From: an uncultured virus (IMG/VR IMGVR_UViG_3300031133_000402) | Taxonomy: Duplodnaviria; Heunggongvirae; Uroviricota; Caudoviricetes | Strand: one strand, 5' to 3' | IMG/VR virus record: IMGVR_UViG_3300031133_000402 | Length of the DNA stretch: 64,000 bases | Made by a program: the position numbers and the translations under genes | Shown here: positions 20,087-28,816 of the stretch, piece after piece | Position numbering within the stretch: position 1 is the first letter of the stretch | Layout of the letters: every line of letters begins with the position of its first letter | The notes under the pieces: generated by a model | What the model was told of the DNA's origin: nothing | Database searches by the model: none | The model's input: the letters and a program-made list of their open reading frames with translations, nothing else

Positions 20087-20739
20087 GGTCGTGCTCCCTG
20101 TCGGTGGCGTGCGTCGGCGCTGCGGTCTCGTGCGGGCAGCAATGCCGTGAGGTCGTATCTCGTCAGGACGGTCTGCCCCCGTGGGCGTATCAGTGTGAAG
20201 AACTCGGCCTGGACGGCGTCGTGGATGACGAGGTCCATCGCGTCCAGTGCCGGGTGCGAGATCACGTCGCGCAACGGCCGCCCGGCGAGTCCCTGAACGA
20301 CGCTGTCGGGGAGATGCCCCAGCGAGATCACGCCGTCCGCGTTTTCGCCCGCCAGATCGTCGCTTCGATGCATGTTGCCGCCGTACCGGGAGTCCGAATG
20401 CCACTGCACGCCCTGCGCACGATCGACGCAGACCGATGCCCATCCCTGGTACCCCATCGACACCAGACCGACATCGTCGTCCGTGCGTATCGTCAGAGGC
20501 GACGCCATGGGCGCCGCGTAGCACATGACGGCGGGATTGATGCCATTGTGGAGCAGGAGACCCGCCGTCAGCGTGTCGGTGGCCATCTTGCACCACATCA
20601 ACTGCAGGTCGTAGCGTATCTTGGCGTCGAGATCCGCCGGAACGTCTCCGGCGAGATGGTCTATGAAGCGATCCGCGTCCGGATAGCCCTTGTCGTGCAG
20701 CCCATCCAGGGTTGCTTGGAACATTTTCAAGTCCCGCAT
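20083..20739 (-). CDS. GRPL-domain family protein (subtype C)
   Basis: LLLHNGINPAVMCYAAPM...LPDSVVQGLAGRPLRDVISHPALD. Confidence 0.75.
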   Translation of the reverse strand: MRDLKMFQATLDGLHDKGYPDADRFIDHLAGDVPADLDAKIRYDLQLMWCKMATDTLTAGLLLHNGINPAVMCYAAPMASPLTIRTDDDVGLVSMGYQGWASVCVDRAQGVQWHSDSRYGGNMHRSDDLAGENADGVISLGHLPDSVVQGLAGRPLRDVISHPALDAMDLVIHDAVQAEFFTLIRPRGQTVLTRYDLTALLPARDRSADARHRQGARP

Positions 20740-20779
20740 CCTCTTCCCGTCATGGCCAGCCTCCCCGAGCCGGCCGCCG

Positions 20780-21085
20780 TCATCCGACCGGTGGATGCGG
20801 ATCGGTGGCGTCGGGTTCGGGGTTTTCTCCGCTCTTCAGCGATTCCAGCTCCTCCCTCAGCGATCGGTTCTCTCGCAGCAGTCGCATGGCGCTTCTCAGC
20901 AGCCGGTCGTCCGGGTGCACGCCACGCATGCGCTGCCGGCTCTCCACGATCTGCCAGTTCTCCCGCAGCGCGAGGCGCTGCCGATGGATGCGCAGATCCA
21001 GCTTCAGGCGCATGTCGGTCGGCATGTCCCGTCGGTCCGGCGCGAAGGCCGGACCGACGTCGAGTGGCTCGGGATCGTTCCTCAT
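20780..21085 (-). CDS. hypothetical coiled-coil protein
   Basis: Start MRNDPEP, ATGA overlap, LLRENRSLREELESLK. Confidence 0.5.
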   Translation of the reverse strand: MRNDPEPLDVGPAFAPDRRDMPTDMRLKLDLRIHRQRLALRENWQIVESRQRMRGVHPDDRLLRSAMRLLRENRSLREELESLKSGENPEPDATDPHPPVG

Positions 21086-22227
21086 GCCGCCGCCTGGGCG
21101 TCTGCTGCCATCGCCGCGAGGAGCGCGGGCAGCGCCGCCAGCACGTCGCGTTCCGTACCCGCCGCCACCTGGTTGAGGAACGATTTCGCGGACGCGTCCG
21201 TGGCCATCGACGCGATCTTGCGCTTCTCGGCGGCCGCCTCGACCATGTTGGCGAGACGCGCGCCCTCCGCACGCAGATCGTACACCTCGGGCGTCTCGGG
21301 CTCGACGGCTGCCGTCTCGTAGCCGTTCTCCGTGCGCCAGGCGAGGCGGCGGCGGGCCTCCTCGGCCTTCCACTGGTCGTCGTGCCAGCCGGGATTTGCG
21401 GCGACGTACAGCCGCCAGCCGTCCCACCACTTCGCATCGTAGGGCAAGGGCTCGCCGCCTTCGGCGATCGCCCAGGCGCGGTAGGCCTCGTACTTCTGAC
21501 CCGCCTGCACGCCCGAGACGCCGTCGTAGTGGTTCGCCAGCAGTCCGTGCTCCGTCCGCAAGGCGTCCAGATCCCAGATGCCCGCGTCGCGGATGCGCTT
21601 GGCGACGGGGCCTTGCGGCATCTGCCCGCGCCTGATCATCGACCAGACGGCGCAGCCCCAGCGCGGGTCCTTGACCCAGTGGCGGTACACGTCCTCGATG
21701 TCCTCGTACGTGGCGTCCTCGGAATCCGAGCAGCCCCAGGCGAACACGTCCGAGCAGTCGACGCCGAGGTGGAGCGTCTTGCGGGCGTCCTTGGGCCACG
21801 CGGCCATCCAGTGGTGGGAGTTGAGGTGCACGACCTCGTTGATGAGCAGCAGCGCCAGGCCCTTGGCCTCCTCGAAGACCTCCTCGCGCTCGGGCTTGTC
21901 GGGATACTTGCGCGTGCCGTCCTCGTTGCGCTGGCTCCAGTCCATGATCCAGATCGCCTGATCGGGCGTGACCACGTGGGTGTTGGGATCGATCTGGTGC
22001 GCGACCGCGAACAGGGCCGGCAACGCGTCGCCCTTGACGACCTTTCGCGCGGTCGCCGCCAGCTTCTCCAGCGCGTCGGTGTCGTGGTCCGCGAGACGCA
22101 CGCCCGACTGCAGAAGTCCGGCCACGAGGGCCTGGTCGTCCGCGTTCGCGATCGCGTCGCAAAGCGCCGCGTCCAGAACGTCGGCGGGATCGGTGAGCTT
22201 CACGCTCGTGGTGATGATGTCGTTCAT
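21082..22227 (-). CDS. hypothetical protein, Trp-rich
   Basis: 381-aa ORF with strong GC3 bias and GGAG RBS. Confidence 0.7.
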   Translation of the reverse strand: MNDIITTSVKLTDPADVLDAALCDAIANADDQALVAGLLQSGVRLADHDTDALEKLAATARKVVKGDALPALFAVAHQIDPNTHVVTPDQAIWIMDWSQRNEDGTRKYPDKPEREEVFEEAKGLALLLINEVVHLNSHHWMAAWPKDARKTLHLGVDCSDVFAWGCSDSEDATYEDIEDVYRHWVKDPRWGCAVWSMIRRGQMPQGPVAKRIRDAGIWDLDALRTEHGLLANHYDGVSGVQAGQKYEAYRAWAIAEGGEPLPYDAKWWDGWRLYVAANPGWHDDQWKAEEARRRLAWRTENGYETAAVEPETPEVYDLRAEGARLANMVEAAAEKRKIASMATDASAKSFLNQVAAGTERDVLAALPALLAAMAADAQAAA

Positions 22228-22257
22228 GGTGTGATTGCTCCGCGACGGAAGGGATCG

Positions 22258-22291
22258 GCCACCGGATGCGTCCGTCGTCGCATCCGGTGGC
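22258..22291. terminator. intergenic 13-bp perfect hairpin
   Basis: gccaccggatgcg-N8-cgcatccggtggc between two minus-strand genes. Confidence 0.5.
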
Positions 22292-22299
22292 TCGTTCCG

Positions 22300-22614
22300 T
22301 CAGACCGCGAGCGGCTTGGCCTCGTCGCGCGCGGCGATCAGCGCGGCCTTGCGCTCCTTGGCCTCGCCCAGCTCCTCCATGAGCGCGTTGGCGTCCCGCC
22401 GCATCACCCACAGTCCGCACTGCAGGCCGTCGGCTGCGTGGCGGTGGTGATCTGCGGACAGGCCGAACTCGCGCCGCTTGCGGCGATGCTCGGCGATCTC
22501 CAGCCGTCGCGCGCGGATCTCCTGCGAGATCTCCTTGTAGCGCATGCGCCAGTCGGCGCGGTAGGAGAGCCAGGAGACGCGGTCGTTGATGTCGGTGATC
22601 ATGTTCAGGTCCAT
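22300..22614 (-). CDS. hypothetical protein
   Basis: 104-aa helical ORF. Confidence 0.6.
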   Translation of the reverse strand: MDLNMITDINDRVSWLSYRADWRMRYKEISQEIRARRLEIAEHRRKRREFGLSADHHRHAADGLQCGLWVMRRDANALMEELGEAKERKAALIAARDEAKPLAV

Positions 22615-22699
22615 TTCGAAGAGAGGTCTCGCGCGGGGTCCGATTGTGCCGGCGACGGGACGCGTCCGCGCGAACTCGCGCGTGCCGTCCCGGCTGCGA

Positions 22700-23056
22700 T
22701 CAGGCCGCCATGGGCAGACCCTCCCGACCGGCGATCGCCTTGACGATCGCGCGGCCTCTCTTCTCGATGTTCTTGTACTTGATCTTGAACGACGTCGACT
22801 CGATGCCGCCGAACATGCTCGCGTTGGCGGTCACCTCGGCGAGACCCGTCAGCAGCAGCGCCTCCGCCTCCGGACGCATGGCGAACGCCTCGACGCCCTC
22901 GCCCTTCAGCAGGTGGACGTCCATGTCCGATGCGATCAGGTGCGCGACCTCTTCGCAGCCACCCGCCTCCCGCCACACGCGCGCGGAGACCGCCGCGTGG
23001 TCCGGAAAGTGCTGGCGGCCGTCCTCGTCCACGGTTCTGCATGCCGGCTGGCCGCA
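22700..23056 (-). pseudogene. C-terminal half of split HD-domain gene
   Basis: CGQPACRTVDEDGRQHFPDHA...NASMFGGIESTSFKIK aligns with the C-half of 23157-23807; homology stops at 23056. Confidence 0.85.
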
Positions 23057-23110
23057 GTTTATCTGCACACCTACCCGCCCATTCAGCGTAATGCCGAGGG
23101 GAAACGGGTA

Positions 23111-23132
23111 GTGGACACATTTATGTGTCCAC
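23111..23132. repeat. perfect 10-bp inverted repeat near island end
   Basis: GTGGACACAT-TT-ATGTGTCCAC. Confidence 0.7.
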
Positions 23133-23156
23133 GGGGTGCCGCTGGGGTGTCCGGGG

Positions 23157-23807
23157 TCACGCTGCTTCACGAGCGTCCTCCCAGTTCATCGCGGCGACGA
23201 CCTGGCGGCCTCGCTTGTCGAGGTGCTTGGCCTTGATCTTGAAGCCGTCGCTTTCGACGCCGCCGAACATGGCGGCGTTCGAGTGGACCTCGGCGAGGGC
23301 GGTAAGGAGAAGGGTGGTCGCTTCGGGACGGGAAGCGAACTCGGCAATGCCCTCTGCCTTCAGGAGGTGGGCGTCCATGTCCATGCCCATGAGGCGCGCG
23401 GCCACCGGGTTGCCGCCTACGGCCAGCCATACCTGTTCGGATGCCTTGGCGTGTCCTGGGAAGTGGCGACGGCCGTCCTCGTACACCTGCAGCACGATCG
23501 GCTTGGAGCAGTCGTGGTTCAGGATGTACTCCTCGACGACATCGAGGGGCATGAGGAGGTCGATCAGTCCTGGGGTGTATGCCCACTGCGGGACGCGCCA
23601 CCAGCTGGGCAACGAGGTGCCGCTGGTGAAGTGGTCATGCAGTAGCCGGAAGTGATCCCAGACGGAGACGCCGTGTTCGAGGACGGTCTGAGTGGGGGTC
23701 TGGAGACAGGTCGTCATGGCCGCGCGCACGCGTTCCATGGTCCAGTCCAGATAGGGGTTCGACGGCTTGGTGTCGAAGGTATCGATGCATTCGTATTCTT
23801 CTGCCAT
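23157..23807 (-). CDS. intact HD-domain protein carried by the island (may begin at mini-ORF ATG 23850 via +1 recoding)
   Basis: TVLEHG...YILNHDCSKP...RHFPGHA HD-type motifs; frame open back to the CAT-TGA-C leader. Confidence 0.8.
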   Translation of the reverse strand: MAEEYECIDTFDTKPSNPYLDWTMERVRAAMTTCLQTPTQTVLEHGVSVWDHFRLLHDHFTSGTSLPSWWRVPQWAYTPGLIDLLMPLDVVEEYILNHDCSKPIVLQVYEDGRRHFPGHAKASEQVWLAVGGNPVAARLMGMDMDAHLLKAEGIAEFASRPEATTLLLTALAEVHSNAAMFGGVESDGFKIKAKHLDKRGRQVVAAMNWEDAREAA

Positions 23808-23860
23808 AGGCAGTGCGGGCTTACCGTTTAGGTCAATGGCTCATGGTCATGATACTTCCT
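23796..23860 (-). promoter_or_regulatory. conserved leader A: SD + mini-ORF MTMSH* ending CAT-TGA-C
   Basis: 45/55 nt identical to the leader before PTH2 (28493-28547). Confidence 0.75.
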
Positions 23861-23887
23861 ATTTTTTAATAAAAATGACTGCACCTG

Positions 23888-23915
23888 AGAATACCGGAAT
23901 CTACTCGTTATTCAA
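23888..23915 (-). promoter_or_regulatory. putative sigma70-like promoter TTGAAT-N16-TATTCT
   Basis: Same architecture (TTGAA.-N16 ending CGG-TA) as 28598-28625. Confidence 0.45.
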
Positions 23916-23978
23916 GTTGTTTTATCATGAAAGCCCAGTTCGTGCACTTATCGGCTCGTTGCCTCGGTTCTGGGGCTG

Positions 23979-24191
23979 CTATGCACTTTTCATATCGTGC
24001 ATGCGAGCAGGCGCAGTGGAGACTGACGACTGCTCCGGTGTGTACGAAAGGGACAGCGAGACCGCCAACAGCCCTAGGATCGCGACAAACGCACCTGTCA
24101 GTCGCCCAGTCTCGCTAGCCATCACCATCGTTGCGACGCCGATGACCGCCATGATGGCCCCAATGATCAATGATGCGACTGGCATGCTCAT
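23979..24191 (-). CDS. small two-TM membrane protein (island)
   Basis: Two hydrophobic segments. Confidence 0.55.
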   Translation of the reverse strand: MSMPVASLIIGAIMAVIGVATMVMASETGRLTGAFVAILGLLAVSLSLSYTPEQSSVSTAPARMHDMKSA

Positions 24192-24361
24192 GTCTTGTTA
24201 CCTTTTTGAATTGTCACGTCTTATCGATTCGTTGGTGTCGAATCGCAATTCATATCGTCGCCAGAATGGGTGGATATGTCGTACTTGTCTGCGCCAGGGA
24301 TTCCCGACGTTTTTCATCTGATACGCCGTCAGTAATGCGAGTTTTCCCATGTCACCTCGTT

Positions 24362-24712
24362 CTATGTTGCGCTTATCGTGGGTTTTATGGCCACTTTTTC
24401 GAGCAACATGCCGATCAGGGTCAGGGCAGAGACCGAGTCGACGACCTGAGCGTCGGAATCGCTCTGGTCGTTGGCATGGCATACGCTCAGGGTCAGACAA
24501 TGTGAGCCACCATCCTGTCCTGTGAAATCGCAATCAAAGCATTCGTATCCGGCGAAATGTCTTCCTGCGATGTCAAAGGTCGTCGATTCGGTCGGGCCGA
24601 GACGACGTATGTCGTCGACATGATTCGTAAGCCATGCTTCGATCTCCATCTTCAGGGTCGCCAGTCGTCCTTCAAGATTCTCAGGGGGGAGAAGGATCGT
24701 AGTATAGGACAA
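24362..24712 (-). CDS. hypothetical protein (island)
   Basis: 116-aa ORF; start uncertain. Confidence 0.5.
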   Translation of the reverse strand: MSYTTILLPPENLEGRLATLKMEIEAWLTNHVDDIRRLGPTESTTFDIAGRHFAGYECFDCDFTGQDGGSHCLTLSVCHANDQSDSDAQVVDSVSALTLIGMLLEKVAIKPTISAT

Positions 24713-24763
24713 TAGTCATATTATGTTCGGCACCTTCTCAAACCCTCTGTATATTTGAGAGCA

Positions 24764-24940
24764 TTATTTGCGGAAAATGTCCACTATTGCCGCGATTGCA
24801 CAGATTGCCGCTATGGGAATCGCGATCCACAGAGGCATGTTGAAGCCATCGATCACAGTTACGTAACTGTCACCTTTCGATATGGCCTCCCATACGAAAA
24901 AGCACAGGACAATTGCGATAACGACATTGATAAGCTTCAT
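24764..24940 (-). CDS. small two-TM membrane protein (island, 58 aa, below ORF-track cutoff)
   Basis: Hand-translated MKLINVVIAIVLCFFVWEAISKG...PLWIAIPIAAICAIAAIVDIFRK; AAGGA RBS. Confidence 0.55.
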   Translation of the reverse strand: MKLINVVIAIVLCFFVWEAISKGDSYVTVIDGFNMPLWIAIPIAAICAIAAIVDIFRK

Positions 24941-25083
24941 CTATAATTCCTTAACTCACAATCTAGTCATACTATCTGGTGGCGAGATGTTAATTACCAC
25001 ACGATAATGTATGAAGCATTTAATCTATAAGATCACAGCCAAACGGAAACTTAAGACTTTTGGCATTCTATGCATTTTGGGGT

Positions 25084-25440
25084 TTATGATTCGGAGTCAT
25101 CCTGGCGCGCCAGCTTCATGGAGACAGATCCGTTTTCGATCATTCCGATCTCCTCGAACACGAGTTCCCTGAGCACGTCGAAGCGCACGCTCCAGTCAAC
25201 CTCTTGCTGGAAGATGGCCGACAAGGCCTCGATGACCTCGTGCCATTCACGCAGGTACGTGGCGCTGCATGAGCTTCGGAGGGCACGACCGGTCCAGCCT
25301 CGAGCGGCGCGGTACCATTCATGCGCCGACGGTCCTTCAGCAGATTCCTGTGCCGACTGCAGGAGGTCCATGCACTGGTCGGCCGTCAGGGCGCCCGCTT
25401 CCATCTTCTCCATCTCGATTTCGAGAGTCATGTTTTCCAT
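25084..25440 (-). CDS. hypothetical protein (island)
   Basis: 118-aa acidic helical ORF. Confidence 0.55.
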   Translation of the reverse strand: MENMTLEIEMEKMEAGALTADQCMDLLQSAQESAEGPSAHEWYRAARGWTGRALRSSCSATYLREWHEVIEALSAIFQQEVDWSVRFDVLRELVFEEIGMIENGSVSMKLARQDDSES

Positions 25441-25604
25441 CCATAAAGTGAATACACCAATTGGGACTCATCATAGATCTGGACTCATTAGCTTTCGAAG
25501 GATCGCTCTCTGGAACATTCTGAAGGTCAATCGGGATTGAATTTCACCGCCATATTTTTAAGGAAGTTCGTGTGGACGACGGCTAATATATCAAATATAT
25601 ATTA

Positions 25605-26267
25605 TCAACCGTTATTAATCATCCTATTTACCCTGTAATTCACTGCCCATTTGAAGGATTTCATGTTAAATTCGTATTCATCAATGTCCTGTCCGTACAG
25701 GGACAGCATCGATTTTGATTCCTTTACCAAGTCGGTGTTGAATGATTCGAATCCGCCATCCTCGCCGGCCACTTCAGCAGTAAGAGGCAGCATAATCTCG
25801 ATCATCTTTGCCAACTCGATCAAGGCAGCGTCCTCGTAAATGCCTTCGGATGCATTCATCCCGTCATGGATCAATTGCACGCGGCGCTGGTGATCGCTGG
25901 TGTTCTCATCACTGCATTTTGGTACTATCACCACTGGAGTACGGTCCGCATCGCCATCTCGAAATATTTCACCTGCGTCGTCGTTTATGACGGAGGCATA
26001 GATCTTCGCCGGTTGGCCTACGCCGTCCGGGTTCCTCAAGACCGCCTTCAGAAGTGCATCAAAGAGTTTCGGCCCATTCTTGTCGACCAACCTTGCCGCG
26101 TTCATGCCGTTGCCGACCAAATTCACGATCTCACTGTGATCTTCCGCGGTCTGACCATCACGGCGCGGGACAATCACCAAGGCCTTTGCGTTCTTATCCT
26201 TATTTCGATAGATTTTCGCGCTATGCGTTTTGCATCCGTAGGCGGTATGCTCATTGACATAGTACAT
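25605..26267 (-). CDS. hypothetical protein with internal duplication (island)
   Basis: AKIYRNKDK..ALVIVPRRDGQTAEDH...GMNAA vs GEIFRDGDA..PVVIVPKCSDENTSDH...GMNAS. Confidence 0.65.
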   Translation of the reverse strand: MYYVNEHTAYGCKTHSAKIYRNKDKNAKALVIVPRRDGQTAEDHSEIVNLVGNGMNAARLVDKNGPKLFDALLKAVLRNPDGVGQPAKIYASVINDDAGEIFRDGDADRTPVVIVPKCSDENTSDHQRRVQLIHDGMNASEGIYEDAALIELAKMIEIMLPLTAEVAGEDGGFESFNTDLVKESKSMLSLYGQDIDEYEFNMKSFKWAVNYRVNRMINNG

Positions 26268-26517
26268 AGGTTGTATACCCCTATCTTAATTGAATACTGA
26301 GAACACACATGTCCTGGTGATTAGCGCCCTAATGGCACCATTTTAGGTAAACTTCTCGTAGTCGCGGGTGCATCGAACTCGAAGATTTACCCGAGTGTAT
26401 TGCAATACCGTTGTAGAGTTTGTTTAACCTGGTGAATAGGTAAACTTGGTCTTTAGAAGAGCCACCCCCATTGTCGTGATCAATTTTGTCACCTTCATTT
26501 TAATCGCCTGTTTACTT

Positions 26518-26928
26518 CTATGCGTCATCCCTGTCGACGACGGTAATCAGGCAGTGATCAACGCCGTCGACGTCATGGCGCGAGACACGCACATCATTGC
26601 CGAACAGGCAGCAGATATCACCGTTGTCTGCGAGCAGCTTCAGCGGGATATCCATGCCGATCTCATCGGCCAACTGCATGGCGGTGATTGGCCGGTCAGA
26701 TTTTGAGATGCTCGAGTCGATTTCCACCCGGAATACGTCGATGCAACCGTAGGACGTTTCCGTTCCGGGCTTTCCATCGAACGACGTCTGAGCGACATCG
26801 AGGTGAAAGTCCTTATGGAAATCGTTGTCCATCACACGGATGACAACCGGGATCCCGCCATAGGGCATAAGAATGTTCTTCATGTGTTCGGCTGTGACGA
26901 ACTTATCGGTATATGGCGGAATACTCAT
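26518..26928 (-). CDS. hypothetical protein (island)
   Basis: 136-aa ORF with AAGGA RBS. Confidence 0.6.
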   Translation of the reverse strand: MSIPPYTDKFVTAEHMKNILMPYGGIPVVIRVMDNDFHKDFHLDVAQTSFDGKPGTETSYGCIDVFRVEIDSSISKSDRPITAMQLADEIGMDIPLKLLADNGDICCLFGNDVRVSRHDVDGVDHCLITVVDRDDA

Positions 26929-27372
26929 TGTTTCGTCCTTTGTATTGCGTGATAATATTATGTCAGAAGCAGTGCTCTTATATTTTTCCTGTTGCAGTAT
27001 TTAGACGTCGCTTGTAATGCCAATCGGGCCTGCTCCACCTTTTCACGCCTCATTTCTTCAGCGATATTCGAGTTCGAGACTTACCTCGTATTTGTCATGC
27101 TGTGATCATATTGAATTTTCTGTTTAGAAAAACGATCAACAGCGATATCACGATGAATCCGATGCACATTGTGATTATGGTAACGCTGCGAATGAGTGCA
27201 GGATCATGCGCCCCCCATTTCTGTTGCGCCATGACCATGTTCCACGGGCAACGGCGACGGACGCTGCTACGAACACCGTCGTCGAGATATCGCTAGCGGC
27301 ATAGATGGCCGTCAGTGCGTTCATAGACGGCATGATTGTCATTGCAGTTATACCGACGTCCAGTTTCTTCGG

Positions 27373-27618
27373 TCAGCCGGTCATGGTGACATTCAAGGCC
27401 GGATGATCCGGTGTGGTTGTGCCTTCGTGTTTTGTGATGATGCGAATGGTGGTCGCGACGCAGCCGGCGATCACCATCCACGCAGCCGTCATAAACAGTA
27501 AGGCAGTCGTTTCCTGAGCCCCGGGGATGGTCCACGCGATCACCAAAATGATCACCATCATGATTAATGCCGATATGTTCATTATCACTGCGCATGCAGC
27601 AAGTAATCTCTGAATCAT
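27373..27618 (-). CDS. small membrane protein (island)
   Basis: MIQRLLAACAVIMNISALIMMVIILVIAW; two TM helices. Confidence 0.55.
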   Translation of the reverse strand: MIQRLLAACAVIMNISALIMMVIILVIAWTIPGAQETTALLFMTAAWMVIAGCVATTIRIITKHEGTTTPDHPALNVTMTG

Positions 27619-27830
27619 GTCTGTCCCACGGTTTCGTTGATGACTCTCTTTAGCATTCATAGGATCGCTTTTTGCACCTAGAATGATCGGGATCGGTGCT
27701 AACCATTTCGGTCGAAGTCCGGCGAGACGTCTTTGTCACCGTTCGTGATTGCCGTCGTCGTCCTGACCCTCAGGTGCGACCAGCCTTGAGAATGCCGTGT
27801 GGATGCATCCCGAGGTGTGTTGGTAACCAC

Positions 27831-28085
27831 ATCGTGGAACAAGTGATATTTCGTCATCACGGCGTCGTCCGGCAGGAATCGCAGCACGAGGGTATCGCCC
27901 ACTCATTCCGGCAGCCGCCACTCCAGGGCGAGTGGACGTCCGTCCCTGAGGTGCCCGATCAGATCGGCGTAGTGATCCCGGACCATCTCGCCGTGCGCCA
28001 GCACGGTGAGGCCCGAGGTCTGCTCGCAGTCCTGCATTGCGGTGATGAGGCCATCCCGGGCCTCCGCGGTCATGAAGCCGCCCAT
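27831..28085 (-). pseudogene. N-terminal half of split HD-domain gene, with in-frame TGA at 27903-27905
   Basis: AMQDCEQTSGLTVLAHG...EWRLPE*VGD...YHLFHD aligns with AMTTCLQTPTQTVLEHG...WRVPQW...YILNHD; TGATG-coupled to PTH2. Confidence 0.85.
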
Positions 28086-28547
28086 CACTGCACCGCCTGG
28101 TAGCGTTTGGTGATGTGTCGGCACTGCGCCTTCGTGCACGGACCGATGCCGAGCGCGGTGATCACCGGTTCCCCGGTGAAGTGGGGCAGCAGGATGTGGT
28201 CGCGATCGGTGACGACGGCATGCGGGATGCCGGCTTCAGCGCACTCTCGCGCCGCGCGCTCGAGTTGACCGAGGTTTTTCGCCTTGATGGTGACCTTGGA
28301 ACCGCCGATCGCATTGTTGTTGCGATACGAGAGGGCGGTCTTCGGATCCTTGTCGAGACAGTCGAACAAGGCGTCCGTATATGCGTGGCCGCTCTGAGCC
28401 GAGAGCTTGCCCGCAGGCATCTCTAGGTCGGCGCGGATCAGCGCATAGATGTACAGCTTCTCGCTGTGGTCGTTGGTAACTGGGGTATTCTGTTCTTCTG
28501 CCTGAGGCAGTGCGGTCTCACCGTATTGGTCAATGGTTCAGGTACAT
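28085..28547 (-). CDS. pth2: peptidyl-tRNA hydrolase, PTH2 family; 5' end requires +1 recoding or a non-canonical start
   Basis: YIYALIRADLEMPAGKLSAQSGHA...SKVTIK...VVTD...TALGIGP are PTH2 motifs; the first strand lies upstream of the first in-frame ATG (28420), with no ATG/GTG/TTG before the in-frame TGA at 28538-28540. Confidence 0.85.
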
Positions 28548-28560
28548 GTCGTATTCCTTG
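28493..28560 (-). promoter_or_regulatory. conserved leader B: SD (AAGGA) + mini-ORF MYLNH* ending CAT-TGA-C
   Basis: 45/55 nt identical to leader A. Confidence 0.75.
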
Positions 28561-28597
28561 CTTGAGTGGTGACGTCGCGGACGATCCGCTTCGTCGG

Positions 28598-28625
28598 ATG
28601 TTACCGCTTTTCGGGCGGATTTCAA
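28598..28625 (-). promoter_or_regulatory. putative sigma70-like promoter TTGAAA-N16-TAACAT for pth2-HD
   Basis: Consensus-like hexamers about 50 nt upstream of the mini-ORF. Confidence 0.45.
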
Positions 28626-28637
28626 TAAACTCTTTTC

Positions 28638-28816
28638 GGTTCTCCGGATTATCGGGTTGAAGCCTGAAGTCTTCTAACCGATCCGGTTCTCCGGGGCCCT
28701 GCCGAAGGAGGGCTTGCCGGCGTTTCCGAAGCGAGCCGGGCCAACGCCCAGGCTTTCCTGTGACGGACCTTGCGGTCCGCACGCTCCTCTCGGGTCGAAC
28801 CCCGAGACGGCGGCCG
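28638..28816 (-). ncRNA. putative omegaRNA/reRNA scaffold of tnpB copy 1
   Basis: Several hairpins (UUCG, GCAA loops) 3' of tnpB, with compensatory changes versus copy 2. Confidence 0.7.

Larger units (their letters stand above)
23057..27830. mobile_element. 4774-bp lower-GC island inserted in an HD gene, with imperfect inverted ends
   Basis: Excision restores CAC GAT|TGC GGC (H-D-C-G) in frame; ends GTTTATCTGCACACCT and (rc) GGTTACCAACACACCT match 12/16; interior is AT-richer. Confidence 0.8.

Noticed and set aside
11994..22743. Very long plus-strand ORFs (e.g. 11994-14858, 20104-22743; also 37000-39075)
   Set aside because: Antisense shadows of high-GC minus-strand genes; Arg/Ala/Pro-rich with no motifs
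23057..27830. Island as a group II or group I intron (coding-strand ends GTGGT...AC; 5' exon ends in T)
   Set aside because: No recognisable domain V, no RT/maturase or homing endonuclease, no terminal G for group I, and the 5' exon carries a nonsense codon
27903..27905. TGA aligned to Trp suggesting genetic code 4 or readthrough
   Set aside because: TGA is the usual stop across the window (many ATGA overlaps) and this gene is already disrupted; a TGG>TGA decay mutation is simpler
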